DNA of 64,000 nucleotides, from NCBI GenBank assembly GCA_049860595.1, contig CP187551.1; one strand, 5' to 3'. Below are positions 43,480-54,925 of this stretch, piece after piece (the stretch's first letter is position 1; each line of letters opens with the position of its first letter). The translations under genes and the position numbers were made by a program. Source of the DNA: Methanocaldococcus sp. 16A (GTDB lineage Archaea > AGJL01 > Methanococci > Methanococcales > Methanocaldococcaceae). The notes beneath the pieces are model-generated. The model ran no database searches. It had not been told where the DNA came from and saw only the letters and a program-made list of their open reading frames with translations.

Positions 43480-44579
43480 TTATGAAATTCGATTCAACAA
43501 AAATTGAAAATTTAGTTGGGGGAGGGTCATTTGATGTCGGTGAGGATTCAAAAATATTAGAGGAGATTATTAGTGAGGTCGTAAATGACATAATACCATC
43601 TGAAATAAAATTAAAAAAGAAAATAGAAATGATTGATAGTACTATAGAGTATTTAAGTTATGAGTTACTTGTTACATTTATAAAACAGGGTGTAGAATTT
43701 GGTATATTTCCAATAATTGCAAAGTATCACCCAAAAATTGATGAAGTTCCTTTATTAGTTAAGTATCCAAATAAACAGTTTATCCTTGAGTATATTAAAA
43801 CTGCTCTAAAATTGGAAATTTTAAAATATAATGATGATAAAATTGAGATAAATGAGGATTTTGAATTAAACTTAAAAATGCCAAAATTTGATAAAATTAT
43901 TAGTGATTATGTAATGAAATATAACTTTATAACTCACGTATCAAGATATGCGCTAATAAGTTACAGCCACCCAAAGATTGCTATAAGCTTTAAAAAAGAC
44001 CCTGACATTTGGGATATGATATTGAGTAGTCCATACTATACATTGTGCAGAGAGATAGCTAGTGATTATTTAAAGATTAGTGATGATAGCTATATATTGG
44101 ATGTAGGATGTGGTTCAAGGTCGCCAAGATACTTTGTAGATATTATATATCCGAAAGGATACTATATGGGAGTTGATATCTCTAAGGGGCTTTTACAGAT
44201 TGCGGAATGTAGAAATAAGAGATTATATTGTGATTCCTATGAACTAAAAAATATAGACTTTGCTGAGATAATTCCTAAAGAAAAATATGATTATGTTATA
44301 TGCTCTCATACTATGAAATATGCTCCGTCATTAAAGCAGTTTTTAAATAATATGATGTCTTCTATATATAGTGGGGGTAAAATATTCATTTCCGAAGAGT
44401 TTATATTGGATAAAAATGAAAATATTTGTAAGGAAGTGTTTGAGTTCTATAATAGGTTAAATAATAGATTTAGAGGGTATTATTCAGAAAAGGATATTGT
44501 TAACATTCTTGAATCGTTAGGATATGATTTCAAAATTGAAAGCTTAGGAAATGGAATATTGGTTATTGAAAAGATTTAA
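43473..44579 (+). CDS. Class I SAM-dependent methyltransferase
   Basis: ILDVGCGS, GVDIS, YDYVI, GGKIFISE; coupled to earA. Confidence 0.85.
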   Translation: MVIMKFDSTKIENLVGGGSFDVGEDSKILEEIISEVVNDIIPSEIKLKKKIEMIDSTIEYLSYELLVTFIKQGVEFGIFPIIAKYHPKIDEVPLLVKYPNKQFILEYIKTALKLEILKYNDDKIEINEDFELNLKMPKFDKIISDYVMKYNFITHVSRYALISYSHPKIAISFKKDPDIWDMILSSPYYTLCREIASDYLKISDDSYILDVGCGSRSPRYFVDIIYPKGYYMGVDISKGLLQIAECRNKRLYCDSYELKNIDFAEIIPKEKYDYVICSHTMKYAPSLKQFLNNMMSSIYSGGKIFISEEFILDKNENICKEVFEFYNRLNNRFRGYYSEKDIVNILESLGYDFKIESLGNGILVIEKI

Positions 44580-44602
44580 AATTTTAATTATTTTTTATTT
44601 AT

Positions 44603-45580
44603 TTAAGCTATCACAAAATCTTTACAAATATCTAAAATTTTATCCTTGGTTAATTCATCCATTTTATAATATTTAAATCCAAATCTATCAGCAATTTGTT
44701 TTCCAATTCCGATCTTTATAAATGATTGTGGCTCTGTATCAATTAATATAACATTAATTCCCTTCTCAGATATTTTCTCACACGCATCGAAAACCTCTTT
44801 AATATAATCTTTTTTAACAGCCACATTAGGCTTGAAATCACTAATTACAATCATTATAGGTATAATATTTGGATTTTTTCTAAGTTCTCTATCAAAGACA
44901 TCATAGCTTTTAATAAATGCATCAGCCAAAGGAGTTTTTCCTCCAGTTGGTAAATCTTTCAATAGTTTCTCTCCAAGCTCTACTGAGGATGTAAATGGCA
45001 AAATAACTTCTGCTTTATCTTTTCTAAATGCAATCATCCCTATCTTATTCCTCTTTTGATATGCATCTAAAAGCAGGGATATTATAGCCCCCTTAGCAGC
45101 TTCCATTCTTCTCATAGCTCCCATCGAACCACTTGCATCAACAACAAATAATATATGGGATGATATTTTCCTCTGTCTTACCTTTTCTACAATATCCTCC
45201 TTTTCTAAATAAATGGCTAATTTTTTATTGGCTTTTTCCCTTCTCTCTTTTTGTTTTATAGCTGCCCTTCTAAATGTTGCATCAAAAGCAATATCAGCAG
45301 TTTTATCTTTTGGGAGCTTAAATTTAATGTATCTACCTCTCTTACTATAACTCTTAATATGCCTTCCAGAGCCATATCTATGGATATTATCTTTAATTTT
45401 AAATTGTATTAGTTTTGGGTTAATTTTAATATTATCATCTACACCAAAAGTCTTTTCAAAGTCATCATGATTGGATTCATCTTTATTTTCATTTTCATCA
45501 TTGTTATTATTATTTTTTTGATTATTATTTGAATTAGTTTCTTCATCAGTCTCATTCTTTATTTCATCATGTTTTTTTTT
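44603..45580 (-). CDS. chlD: ChlD-type C-terminal part (acidic linker + vWA domain), reached by -1 frameshift from the ChlI-type ORF
   Basis: Open frame from 45580 to 44603 with no ATG before the MIDAS motif FVVDASGSM; TGGKTPLA; ISDFKPN. Confidence 0.85.
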   Translation of the reverse strand, partial: KKKHDEIKNETDEETNSNNNQKNNNNNDENENKDESNHDDFEKTFGVDDNIKINPKLIQFKIKDNIHRYGSGRHIKSYSKRGRYIKFKLPKDKTADIAFDATFRRAAIKQKERREKANKKLAIYLEKEDIVEKVRQRKISSHILFVVDASGSMGAMRRMEAAKGAIISLLLDAYQKRNKIGMIAFRKDKAEVILPFTSSVELGEKLLKDLPTGGKTPLADAFIKSYDVFDRELRKNPNIIPIMIVISDFKPNVAVKKDYIKEVFDACEKISEKGINVILIDTEPQSFIKIGIGKQIADRFGFKYYKMDELTKDKILDICKDFVIA

Positions 45581-46656
45581 ACGTCATCATTTTCATGTTT
45601 CTTTTTTTCTTCTTCATTATTATTTTTTTGCTCTTTGAATTCATTAATCATTTGCTCCAATTTCTCTTTATTTAATTGTGGAGGTTCAAATGGTTTTCTT
45701 CTCATTCTGTGTGGTAGAGCTAATTCCATAGCTTCTTTAACATCATCTAAAGTTACTTTTGTTCTTCCATTGTAAGCGGCTAAAGCTTTAGCTGTTCTAA
45801 CAACAGTTATATCAGCCCTATTTGTTTGAATTCCCAATTCAATACAAACTTTTGATATAAATTCTAAGAGTTCATCATCTATCATAACTTCTTTTAAAAT
45901 TTCTCTTGCTTTAATTATTTTTTCTCTCAATTTTTTCTGTTCGTCTTCAAATTTTTTATAAAATTCTTCTGGATTGTTGTTGAACTCTTCAACTCTCTTT
46001 ATAACTTCTACTCTATCTTTAATATTGTTTAATCCTTCAACATCAACCATTAAACCAAATCTATCTAAGATTTGAGGTCTTAACTCTCCCTCTTCTGGAT
46101 TCATAGTTCCCACTAATATAAATCTTGAAGGATGTTTTATCTTAACTCCTTCTCTCTCAATAATATTCCATCCCATTGCTGCAGCATCTAACAACACATC
46201 AATTATATGGTCATCTAATAAATTAACTTCATCAATGTATAGGATGTTTCTATTTGCCTCTGCTAAAATTCCTGGTTCTAACGCTTTAATTCCTTCTTTT
46301 ATTGCTTTTTCTATATCTAATGTACCAATAACCCTATCTTCAGTAGCGCCTATTGGAAGATTAACAACCTTCATTTTCTTTTTTGTTATTTTTAGCTCTC
46401 CACTCTTTTTCTTTTCTTTACATATATCGCACAACTCTCCTTTTGGGTCGCAGTTGAATGGACAGCCCTCAACAACTTCAATTTCTGGTAATAAGTCAGC
46501 TAAAGCTCTAACTGCAGTAGATTTTGCTGTCCCCTTCTCTCCTCTAATTAAAACCCCACCAATCTTTGGATTTATTGCATTTAAAATTAAAGCTTTCTTC
46601 ATCTTTTCTTGCCCAACGATAGCAGTGAATGGATAAATATATTGCATAATTATCAC
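45559..46656 (-). CDS. chlI: Mg/Co chelatase AAA+ subunit, ChlI-type
   Basis: [55 protein letters not shown]. Confidence 0.93.
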   Translation of the reverse strand: MIIMQYIYPFTAIVGQEKMKKALILNAINPKIGGVLIRGEKGTAKSTAVRALADLLPEIEVVEGCPFNCDPKGELCDICKEKKKSGELKITKKKMKVVNLPIGATEDRVIGTLDIEKAIKEGIKALEPGILAEANRNILYIDEVNLLDDHIIDVLLDAAAMGWNIIEREGVKIKHPSRFILVGTMNPEEGELRPQILDRFGLMVDVEGLNNIKDRVEVIKRVEEFNNNPEEFYKKFEDEQKKLREKIIKAREILKEVMIDDELLEFISKVCIELGIQTNRADITVVRTAKALAAYNGRTKVTLDDVKEAMELALPHRMRRKPFEPPQLNKEKLEQMINEFKEQKNNNEEEKKKHENDDVKKNMMK

Positions 46657-46778
46657 ACATTTTAATACTAATTTTTGATTTTTATGATAAAAATAATACT
46701 TTTTATGTTATTTTAGATAGTTGGTATAACATATATTTAAATGTTGCTGAAATAAAGTTAATTTTAATAGGTTATAAA

Positions 46779-47507
46779 GTGGTTGGCATGATAGCTATAA
46801 TTAGTGATATACACTCCAACTTAGAGGCATTGAAGGCAGTTTTAGAAGATATAAAAAATAGAGACATTAAAAAAATTGTGTGTTTAGGAGATATTGTTGG
46901 CTATGGGGCTAATCCAAATGAATGCATAGAATTAATAAAAGAGCATAACTGCATAAGTGTTGCAGGAAACCATGATTATGGTGTTTTGGGAAAGGAGAGT
47001 TTAGATTATTTCAACACCTATGGAGTTATAGCAATACTATGGACTAAAAAAGTTATTAAAGATGAAAATTTAAAATTTTTAGATTCTTTGCCACTGGTTA
47101 TTGAAGAAAAGATAAAGAATAAAAAGGTTATATTTTCTCATGCAAATCCTAAATATCCAGAGATTTGGGAATATCTATTTCCAGATTATGTGGATGATGT
47201 ATTTGATTGTGGAGATTTGATATTTGTTGGACATTCTCACATACCATTCGTAAATTCTGAAGAAGGAAATTTATTGGTTCATGAAGGCTCTATAAAATTA
47301 GATGAAAATAAAAGATATCTAATAAACCCTGGAAGTGTAGGACAACCAAGGGATGGAATAAATAAAGCAAGCTATTGCATATTTGATGAAAAAGATTTCA
47401 AAATAGAGATTGTTAGAGTTGAATATAATATTAGAAAAGCTTATGAAAAAATTTTAAAGAATGGATTACCAGAATGGCTTGGAGAGAGGTTATTTTTAGG
47501 AAAATAA
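46779..47507 (+). CDS. Metallophosphoesterase
   Basis: SDIHSN, GDIVGYG, GNHD, GHSH, NPGSVGQPRD. Confidence 0.93.
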   Translation: MVGMIAIISDIHSNLEALKAVLEDIKNRDIKKIVCLGDIVGYGANPNECIELIKEHNCISVAGNHDYGVLGKESLDYFNTYGVIAILWTKKVIKDENLKFLDSLPLVIEEKIKNKKVIFSHANPKYPEIWEYLFPDYVDDVFDCGDLIFVGHSHIPFVNSEEGNLLVHEGSIKLDENKRYLINPGSVGQPRDGINKASYCIFDEKDFKIEIVRVEYNIRKAYEKILKNGLPEWLGERLFLGK

Positions 47508-47669
47508 TTAGAGGAATCTTCCATAAGTTAAAATTGCCTCAATAACAACAAATGCAACAGTAATTCCAATAACATGCTCTGGTTTAACTTTAACCTTTGA
47601 GAAAGACTCATCCATATATCTTATTAAACCTGCACTTGTTGCCAATCCAGTTTCCTCCCTTTTACTCAT
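47508..47669 (-). CDS. secG: Preprotein translocase Sec61beta (53 aa; missing from ORF track)
   Basis: Translated by hand: [53 protein letters not shown]; start overlaps the coaBC stop. Confidence 0.93.
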   Translation of the reverse strand: MSKREETGLATSAGLIRYMDESFSKVKVKPEHVIGITVAFVVIEAILTYGRFL

Positions 47670-48862
47670 GATTTCACCAATTCTTTAACTTTTTCTACAA
47701 TCTTTTCAGCAATTTCTTTCTTAGAGCCAGAAATTTTTTCAATTTCAGATTTTGTTATAATATAAACTTCACTATAATCATTACCAAAGTAATGCTTACT
47801 TAAATCATTGGCAATAATCATATTTAAATTGTATTTATTTAATCTCTCCTTAGCCTTATTTATAAGCTCTTTCTCATTTAAATTGTATTCTGCTTTAAAA
47901 CCAATAATTATTTTATCTTTATAAATTTTCCTCAATTCTTCTAAAACCTTTGGATTTCTCTTTAACTTTAATGTTATCTCTTCTTCAGAACTTAACTTTC
48001 CCTCAAATGATTCAACAGTAAAATCAGAGATGGCTGCTGATGAGATGATGATATCAAAGTCCTTAGCTAACTCTATAGCTTTATTTAGCATATCTTTTGC
48101 AGTTAAAACCTTATGATTCTTTATGTAATATGGAGGTTCTAATCCCATAGCTGTTATAACCTCAACATAAAATCCTTCTCTGCAGAATGCTTCAGCTAAA
48201 GCAACGCCCATCTTTCCAGAAGATAAATTAGATATAACTCTAACTTTATCAATAAACTCAACAGTTCCCCCATTTAATATTAAAACTCTATTTCTTTCTT
48301 TTTTTAGATTATTACCAATTTTTTCAATAACTGATTTAACAACATCCTCTACACTTGCAACTTTTGCCTTACCTTCTTCAAACTTTGGAGATATAATATA
48401 TACATTATCTTTTTCTTTAAGCTCATCTATATGCCTTTTAATAGCATTGAACATATTTTCATGCATTGCTGGGACAATAAATATTGGTTTTTTTCCAATA
48501 AACATTAAAGCAGTAGTATTTACAATATTATTTGCAATTCCTAAATTTATTTTTGAGATTATGTTGGCAGTTGCTGGATATATTAAAAGGCAATCGCATT
48601 CATTGTATAGTAGGATATGCTCTATATCCCCAGTTATTTCCTCATAAACTTCATTTCCACAACCAAATTTTAAAGCCTCTTTGCCAATGATTTTTTTAGT
48701 TTCCTCTGTAATGATGCAATAAACTTCTGCCCCATGCCTTATTAATTCTCTCATCAACTTTGGAGTTTCAATTGCTGCTATTGATGAAGTTACAGCAACT
48801 AATATCTTTTTCCCTTCTAATAGTTTTGATTTAGAGCCTTTTAATAACTTAGTTGGATGCAT
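47666..48862 (-). CDS. coaBC: Phosphopantothenoylcysteine decarboxylase/ligase
   Basis: [38 protein letters not shown]. Confidence 0.93.
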   Translation of the reverse strand: MHPTKLLKGSKSKLLEGKKILVAVTSSIAAIETPKLMRELIRHGAEVYCIITEETKKIIGKEALKFGCGNEVYEEITGDIEHILLYNECDCLLIYPATANIISKINLGIANNIVNTTALMFIGKKPIFIVPAMHENMFNAIKRHIDELKEKDNVYIISPKFEEGKAKVASVEDVVKSVIEKIGNNLKKERNRVLILNGGTVEFIDKVRVISNLSSGKMGVALAEAFCREGFYVEVITAMGLEPPYYIKNHKVLTAKDMLNKAIELAKDFDIIISSAAISDFTVESFEGKLSSEEEITLKLKRNPKVLEELRKIYKDKIIIGFKAEYNLNEKELINKAKERLNKYNLNMIIANDLSKHYFGNDYSEVYIITKSEIEKISGSKKEIAEKIVEKVKELVKS

Positions 48863-48869
48863 ATTCTCA

Positions 48870-49055
48870 CTATTTTAAATCTCTCTTTAAATCTATAATC
48901 ATTTTACATTTTGGACAAATAACTCTTTCTCCAACACATTTAAATTCATAAGAACACTTTGGACATCTAATATTTTTTATAAAATCATCTAAATTATCTA
49001 AATTAATAACTGTAAATTTTTCTATCTCTTCCATGTTCTCCCTATTAAGTCCCAA
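48870..49055 (-). CDS. Small Zn-ribbon protein
   Basis: CPKC...CPKC; lies in the nadX-coaBC operon. Confidence 0.7.
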   Translation of the reverse strand: MGLNRENMEEIEKFTVINLDNLDDFIKNIRCPKCSYEFKCVGERVICPKCKMIIDLKRDLK

Positions 49056-49848
49056 CTTTTACTGGCTCAGCTAAATCTCTAATTAATCTAACAGCTGAAT
49101 AAGCCGCTAATGCTGAAGTTCTTGGATTTTCTTCAAATGGAACATTTTCAATACTAACCTTCAATGTCCCTATAGAGCTTTTAACAAATATTTCATGTTT
49201 ATTTAGCTTTGCATTTGGGTCTGCGACAATAACAACCTTTGCTGGAAATTCTGCTGCTATTGATAAAGTTACTGAAACGTTTATATTCATTGGAAATTCT
49301 TTTATTGCTTCAAAAACATCCCCTTCAAATACAACAACAGGATTTTTTATATCATTTAGCTTATAACCAAGATTTTTTAAAGCTTCTTCTAAGGCATTAA
49401 CTGGTTTTGTTGTTTTTAAAATTACTTTCTCTATTTTACCTAATCTCATAGCTTTTATAGCATCTAAACCACCAATAGCTCCAGATGGAAGATAAATTTT
49501 TTTCCCTATATTTTTAGCTAAATTTTGAAGTTTTAAAAATAATTCTTTATTTGCCAAAGCACCAACGCTCATTATTAAAACATCTTTGTTATTTTTTAGA
49601 GATTTTTCAGCAACTTCTTCAACTGCTTTTATCGAAGCACATTCAATAACCAAATCTAAATCTTCTTTAACTAATTCATCAATACTACTACATATTTTAG
49701 CCCCAGTCAATTCTGAAAGTGTTTTTGCCTTATCCAAATTTCTATCATAGATGGCAACTACCTTAGTATCTTTTATAGTTCCATCAATAACTTTTTTTGA
49801 AATAAAACTGCCAATAGCTCCACAACCAACAATACCAATTTTAAACAT
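49045..49848 (-). CDS. nadX: L-aspartate dehydrogenase
   Basis: [32 protein letters not shown]. Confidence 0.92.
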   Translation of the reverse strand: MFKIGIVGCGAIGSFISKKVIDGTIKDTKVVAIYDRNLDKAKTLSELTGAKICSSIDELVKEDLDLVIECASIKAVEEVAEKSLKNNKDVLIMSVGALANKELFLKLQNLAKNIGKKIYLPSGAIGGLDAIKAMRLGKIEKVILKTTKPVNALEEALKNLGYKLNDIKNPVVVFEGDVFEAIKEFPMNINVSVTLSIAAEFPAKVVIVADPNAKLNKHEIFVKSSIGTLKVSIENVPFEENPRTSALAAYSAVRLIRDLAEPVKVGT

Positions 49849-49939
49849 TTTCTGTTCACCTCATAAAAATAGAAATCAATAAAATAAAATCTTATAATGA
49901 GAAATATTCAAAAAATTTTTCTTTAATAATAAAATAAAT

Positions 49940-50218
49940 TTATTTCTTTAGAAATCCATAGCCAGAATCTGCAGGAGGTTTAATCAATATTATATTTCCA
50001 ATTGCAGTAATTAAATTATATGGTAAAACAACTTTCTTAGTAGGGTCGGTAACATATTCCCTTAAACATCCATTTTGAATGTCTGAGACAATTAAGCCAC
50101 TAATAGCTCCTTTATTCAAATCGAGCATCACGTCATAAACCTTACCAACGTATATTGCAGTTGTTGTGTATATTGGTTTATCTAATATATCACTAACTCT
50201 AATTGCCATACCATCCAC
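49940..50218 (-). CDS. PRC-barrel protein (CdpB-like family)
   Basis: [16 protein letters not shown]...[11 protein letters not shown]. Confidence 0.8.
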   Translation of the reverse strand: MDGMAIRVSDILDKPIYTTTAIYVGKVYDVMLDLNKGAISGLIVSDIQNGCLREYVTDPTKKVVLPYNLITAIGNIILIKPPADSGYGFLKK

Positions 50219-50285
50219 CTAACTTTTTATAATCCTTAAACTTAAAAAAATTCTATTTAACTAATCTTTATTTATATATTTTTGT

Positions 50286-52010
50286 GTGGTAATTATGGAA
50301 GGATTTAAAATTGCAATGAAAGTTATCGATGAGATTGATAAAAAGATAAAACCTTTAATTGGCTGGGAAAAGGCTGATGAAGTGGTTAAAATAGGCGCTG
50401 ATGGAACACCAACAAAAAGAATAGATGTGATAGCTGAAAATATAGCCCTAAATATATTAGAAAAATTTAGTGGGGGAATCTTAATAAGTGAAGAGATTGG
50501 ATTAAAAGTTGTAGGTAAAGATTTAGAACATATATTTATTTTAGACCCAATAGATGGGACATATAATGCTTTGAAATCTATTCCGATATATTCAACTTCA
50601 ATAGCGGTAGCAAAAATTAAAAGTGAAGATAAAAAGCTAATTAGAGAAAATATTAACAACTTAGATTGGATTAAAAATTTTATAGCTAATAAATATACAA
50701 TAAATGATTTATATGTTGGAATTGTGAAGAATTTAGCTACTGAGGATTTGTATTATGCTATTAAAGGAGAGGGGAGTTTCTTAGAAAAAGATGGAGAAAA
50801 AATTAGGATAGAAGCAAAAGATACAAAAAATTTAAATGAGGCATCTGTTGGATTGTTTGTTTATGGATTATCCAATGATTTATTGGAATTTTTAAAAGAA
50901 AGAAAGATTAGAAGAGTTAGATTATTTGGTTCTATGGCTTTGGAAATGTGTTATGTTGTCAGTGGGGCTTTAGATGCTTATATAAATGTAAATGAAAATT
51001 CTCGGCTGTGTGATATAGCTGGGGCTTATGTTATTTGTAAAGAAGGAAATGCAATAATTACAAACAAAAATGGGAAAGAATTAGAGATGAAATTACATTT
51101 AATGGAAAAAACATCATTAATTATTAGTAATAAATACTTACATAAAAAACTCATAGCTTTATTTGGAAATAAATGGGCAATAAAGCCAGCAAAATTTGGA
51201 ATAGTTGTTAGAGAGGATAAAGAAGATGCCATTAACTTAGCTATAGAGATTTGTAAATATCTAAGAGATAAAAATATTCCTTACTGTGTTGAAAACTTTT
51301 TGAAAGATAAAGTTGGTGGAGAACCATTTGATATTTCGACGATTTCTCATATTATTGCTATAGGAGGAGATGGAACAATACTTAGAGCTTCGAGATTAGT
51401 TAATGGGGAGACAATACCAATAATAGCAGTAAATATGGGAAAATTGGGATTTTTAGCTGAGTTTTATAAAGATGAAGTTTTTAGAATAATTGATAAAGTA
51501 ATATATGGAGAGTATGAGATAGAAAAAAGAAGTAAATTATCTTGCAAAATAATAAAAAATAATAAAATAATAAAAACTCCTTCAGCATTAAATGAAATGG
51601 TAGTTATTACAAAAAACCCTGCAAAGATTTTAGAATTTGATGTGTATGTTAATGATACGCTTGTTGAAAATGTTAGGGCTGATGGAATAATTATTTCAAC
51701 ACCTACTGGTTCAACCGCCTATTCTTTAAGTGCTGGAGGACCTATAGTTGAACCAAATGTTGACTGCTTTATAATATCTCCAATATGCCCGTTTAAATTA
51801 TCTTCAAGACCTTTAGTTGTTTCTGGTTCAAATAAAATTAAGTTAAAGCTTAAATTGGAAAAACCAGCTTTATTAGTAATTGATGGAAGCGTTGAATATG
51901 AAATTAATAAAGATGATGAGCTAATTTTTGAAAAATCTGACAGCTATGCTTATTTTGTAAAAGGGCAAAGTTTTTATGATAAGTTGAATAGATGCTTTGG
52001 AGTAAAATAA
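50286..52010 (+). CDS. Bifunctional NADP phosphatase / NAD kinase
   Basis: IMPase-like domain (SEE, DPIDGT) fused to NAD kinase (GGDGT, NE, TPTGSTAYSLSAGGP). Confidence 0.93.
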   Translation: MVIMEGFKIAMKVIDEIDKKIKPLIGWEKADEVVKIGADGTPTKRIDVIAENIALNILEKFSGGILISEEIGLKVVGKDLEHIFILDPIDGTYNALKSIPIYSTSIAVAKIKSEDKKLIRENINNLDWIKNFIANKYTINDLYVGIVKNLATEDLYYAIKGEGSFLEKDGEKIRIEAKDTKNLNEASVGLFVYGLSNDLLEFLKERKIRRVRLFGSMALEMCYVVSGALDAYINVNENSRLCDIAGAYVICKEGNAIITNKNGKELEMKLHLMEKTSLIISNKYLHKKLIALFGNKWAIKPAKFGIVVREDKEDAINLAIEICKYLRDKNIPYCVENFLKDKVGGEPFDISTISHIIAIGGDGTILRASRLVNGETIPIIAVNMGKLGFLAEFYKDEVFRIIDKVIYGEYEIEKRSKLSCKIIKNNKIIKTPSALNEMVVITKNPAKILEFDVYVNDTLVENVRADGIIISTPTGSTAYSLSAGGPIVEPNVDCFIISPICPFKLSSRPLVVSGSNKIKLKLKLEKPALLVIDGSVEYEINKDDELIFEKSDSYAYFVKGQSFYDKLNRCFGVK

Positions 52011-52026
52011 AATAATATTATTTAAG

Positions 52027-52641
52027 TTATTCTTTATTTTCTAATGTTTTTAAAACTTCTAAACCAAATAATCTTGCGTAGTCAGGAGATTTTGCAGTTA
52101 TGATATTGTTATCAACTACAACTCCTTTATCTTCATAAATAGCTCCAGCTTTTTTTAGCTCTTCTATGGCTTCTGGAGCTGGGAATATAGTAGCTTTTTT
52201 ATCCTTTAAGATTCCAGCCCTTGCTAAAACTACAGGAGATAAACAAATTGCTGAAACAACCTTATTTTTATTATAAAACTCTCTAACTAATTCTATTAAT
52301 TTTGTATTATTCCATAAATATTCTTTTGACCCAATTCCCCCAACTATAACTATTGCATCGTATTCATCAGGATTTACATCATAAATAGTTTTATTAACAG
52401 TTATTTTATGTCCCAACATCCCCATACATTCTCCTTTTGTTGTTGAGACTACATCAACCTTTAACCCATTAGATTCAAATACAGCCATAGGTTCAAAAAG
52501 TTCTTCATCTCTAAAATCTTTTGGAGCAATAACCATTAAAACCTTTTTATTTTCCATATTTACCACTTTTTCGTTATTTATACACATTGAAGATATTGAG
52601 ATTAATATTATAGATGTTAGAATTATTATTCTTTTTTTCAT
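52027..52641 (-). CDS. DJ-1/PfpI family protein with N-terminal signal/lipoprotein-like peptide
   Basis: FRDEEL, VGGIG, SAICLSP; MKKRIIILTSIILISISSMC. Confidence 0.85.
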   Translation of the reverse strand: MKKRIIILTSIILISISSMCINNEKVVNMENKKVLMVIAPKDFRDEELFEPMAVFESNGLKVDVVSTTKGECMGMLGHKITVNKTIYDVNPDEYDAIVIVGGIGSKEYLWNNTKLIELVREFYNKNKVVSAICLSPVVLARAGILKDKKATIFPAPEAIEELKKAGAIYEDKGVVVDNNIITAKSPDYARLFGLEVLKTLENKE

Positions 52642-52797
52642 ACTATCACAATGTGTCTATCCTAATTATAAACGATATTAAATAATAGCTTCATTAGTAA
52701 TATTAGTAATATTAAGAATCTCTAATCTTTTGTTCATATACTTCCTATATGTTAAGTTCTTTATATCTGAACATATATATTAAAGTTATGTGAGATT

Positions 52798-53601
52798 ATG
52801 AAAGTGGCAGTTGTTTTTGACAGTGCTGGGACACTTGTGAAGATAATTAGAGTTATTAAAGATTTAAAGAAAAATAAGTTTATCTGTAATAGGCAGACAG
52901 TTGATATTGTAGATGAAAAAAAGGGTAGAGCATTAGTCATAATTAAAGAAGACCCATTAAAAGTTGTTGATAAGGAAAATCCAGAAAAATTAATATCTGA
53001 TTTATTAAAAGAAGTAGAAATTGGTATCTCTTATTGTAACCCTCCAATAAATAAGGATGGAATTTTTAAAGACAAAAAAGCTAAAGTTAAAGAACTACAA
53101 GAGCCACTAAATATTTTAAAGAAATACGATGTAGAAACAGGATATGGAAGTGCTTTAATAATAGATACTTATTCTGGAGAAGTTGAATACACAATCGCTA
53201 CTGCTGGCTGTTTATTTAAAGAAGTTAAAGAAACAATTAAACAATTAAAAGGTTTGGGGATTAAAGTTTTTATTGCATCTGGAGATAGAAAAGGATTTAT
53301 AAAAAGGCTGGCTGAACTTACAGGAGTTAGTGAGAAATATATAATGGCTGAAGCTCATCAGGAGCAAAAGAGAGATTTAATCATCAATCTAAAAAAAGAG
53401 GGGTATTTTACAATAATGGTGGGAGATGGAGCTAATGATGTTCCGGCAATGATTGAAAGTAATTTGGCTGTTGTAACTTTGCAGAATGGAAGTGTTTCAA
53501 AAAAAGCATTAGAAACTGCTGATATAAGAATTTACAACATAAAAGAGATTGTAGATATTTGTAAGAAGGTTATAAGTGGTGAAATTAAGCATGATAATTG
53601 A
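52798..53601 (+). CDS. Soluble P-type-ATPase-like HAD phosphatase
   Basis: FDSAGT, ASGD, MVGDGAND. Confidence 0.88.
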   Translation: MKVAVVFDSAGTLVKIIRVIKDLKKNKFICNRQTVDIVDEKKGRALVIIKEDPLKVVDKENPEKLISDLLKEVEIGISYCNPPINKDGIFKDKKAKVKELQEPLNILKKYDVETGYGSALIIDTYSGEVEYTIATAGCLFKEVKETIKQLKGLGIKVFIASGDRKGFIKRLAELTGVSEKYIMAEAHQEQKRDLIINLKKEGYFTIMVGDGANDVPAMIESNLAVVTLQNGSVSKKALETADIRIYNIKEIVDICKKVISGEIKHDN

Positions 53602-54184
53602 GATTGAAGGTATTAAACTAAAGCTACACCCTGAAGTTTATGAGCCAGCTGAAGATTCAATTTTATTATTAAGAAACCTTGTTGATGTTAAAAATAAAGA
53701 GGTTTTGGAAATAGGGGTAGGAACTGGTTTAATTTCAATAGCTTGTGCAAAAAAGGGAGCTAAAAAAGTAGTAGGTGTTGATATAAATCCATATGCTGTA
53801 AAATTAGCAAAAGAAAATGCCAAACTAAATAATGTTGATATTATATGTTTAGAGAGTGATTTATTTGAAAATGTTACTGGAAAGTTTGATGTTATTCTCT
53901 TTAATCCTCCATATTTACCAACATCTGATGAGGATAAAATAGACAGCTATTTAAATTATGCTTTTGATGGAGGAAAAAATGGTAGAGAAATTTTAGATAG
54001 ATTTATTGACAATTTACCAAATTACTTAAAAAAAGGAGGTGTTGTTCAAATACTACAGAGCTCATTAACTGGAGAAAAAGAAACAATAAACAAATTAAAA
54101 TCTTTAGGTTTTAAAGTTGATAAAGTAGCATCTTTAAAGGTTCCTTTTGAAGAACTTATGGTTATAAATGGATGGAGGTTATAG
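53591..54184 (+). CDS. HemK2/MTQ2-like protein methyltransferase
   Basis: VYEPAEDS, LEIGVGTG, FNPPYLP, GG..GR. Confidence 0.9.
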   Translation: MIIEIEGIKLKLHPEVYEPAEDSILLLRNLVDVKNKEVLEIGVGTGLISIACAKKGAKKVVGVDINPYAVKLAKENAKLNNVDIICLESDLFENVTGKFDVILFNPPYLPTSDEDKIDSYLNYAFDGGKNGREILDRFIDNLPNYLKKGGVVQILQSSLTGEKETINKLKSLGFKVDKVASLKVPFEELMVINGWRL

Positions 54185-54185
54185 C

Positions 54186-54920
54186 ATGAAAGCTAAAGAG
54201 ATTATAGAGTTTATTGAAAGCTTTGCCCCTAAAGATTTAGCTATTGAAGGAGATAACGTTGGATTGCAGGTTGGAGATAACTTAGATAAAGAAGTGAAAA
54301 AGTTAGGCATTGCCTTAGACCCATCGTTATCTGTTATTAAAAAAGCAAAAGAAAAAGGAGTAGATTTTTTATTTACCCACCACCCATTATTAAAGGACCC
54401 AATAAGAAACTTCACTGGTGTTATTTACAAAAAACTAAAAATATTAATGGAAAATGACATTATTTTATACTCTGCTCATACAAACTTAGATATCTGTAAA
54501 AATGGATTGAATGATGCCTTAGCTGAAGTTTATAATTTGGAGAATGTTGAGCCTCTATATGATAGTGGACTTGGGAGAATAGGTATTTTTAAGGGAACAT
54601 TTGAAGAATTTTTAGAAATAACAAAAAAATATATTCACAAAAATCCTATTGTTGTTAAGAGTAAAGAAGTAAAGGATAACTTTAAATTAGCTGTTTTATC
54701 TGGCTATGGTTTATCTCAATCCTCTATAAAATATGTTGCTGAAAGAGCAGAGGTTTATCTTTCTGGAGATTTAACTCACCACTCAAAAATTTTAGCTGAA
54801 GAGCTTGGTTTAGTTGTTGTTGACGCTACACACTATTCAACTGAAGTCTATGGATTGAAGAAATTTAAAGAATATTTATCTTCAAATTTAGATTTGGAGA
54901 TAGTTAGCTTAGATTTTTAA
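54186..54920 (+). CDS. Nif3-like dinuclear metal protein (HcgD-like)
   Basis: DNVGLQVG, THHPL, HTNLD, HYSTE. Confidence 0.88.
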   Translation: MKAKEIIEFIESFAPKDLAIEGDNVGLQVGDNLDKEVKKLGIALDPSLSVIKKAKEKGVDFLFTHHPLLKDPIRNFTGVIYKKLKILMENDIILYSAHTNLDICKNGLNDALAEVYNLENVEPLYDSGLGRIGIFKGTFEEFLEITKKYIHKNPIVVKSKEVKDNFKLAVLSGYGLSQSSIKYVAERAEVYLSGDLTHHSKILAEELGLVVVDATHYSTEVYGLKKFKEYLSSNLDLEIVSLDF

Positions 54921-54925
54921 AATGA

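Noticed and set aside
44603-45124. 173-aa vWA ORF as an independent gene or pseudogene
   Set aside because: Its ATG lies after the DxSxS MIDAS motif; the frame is open up to the A9 run and is better explained as the frameshifted chlD part.
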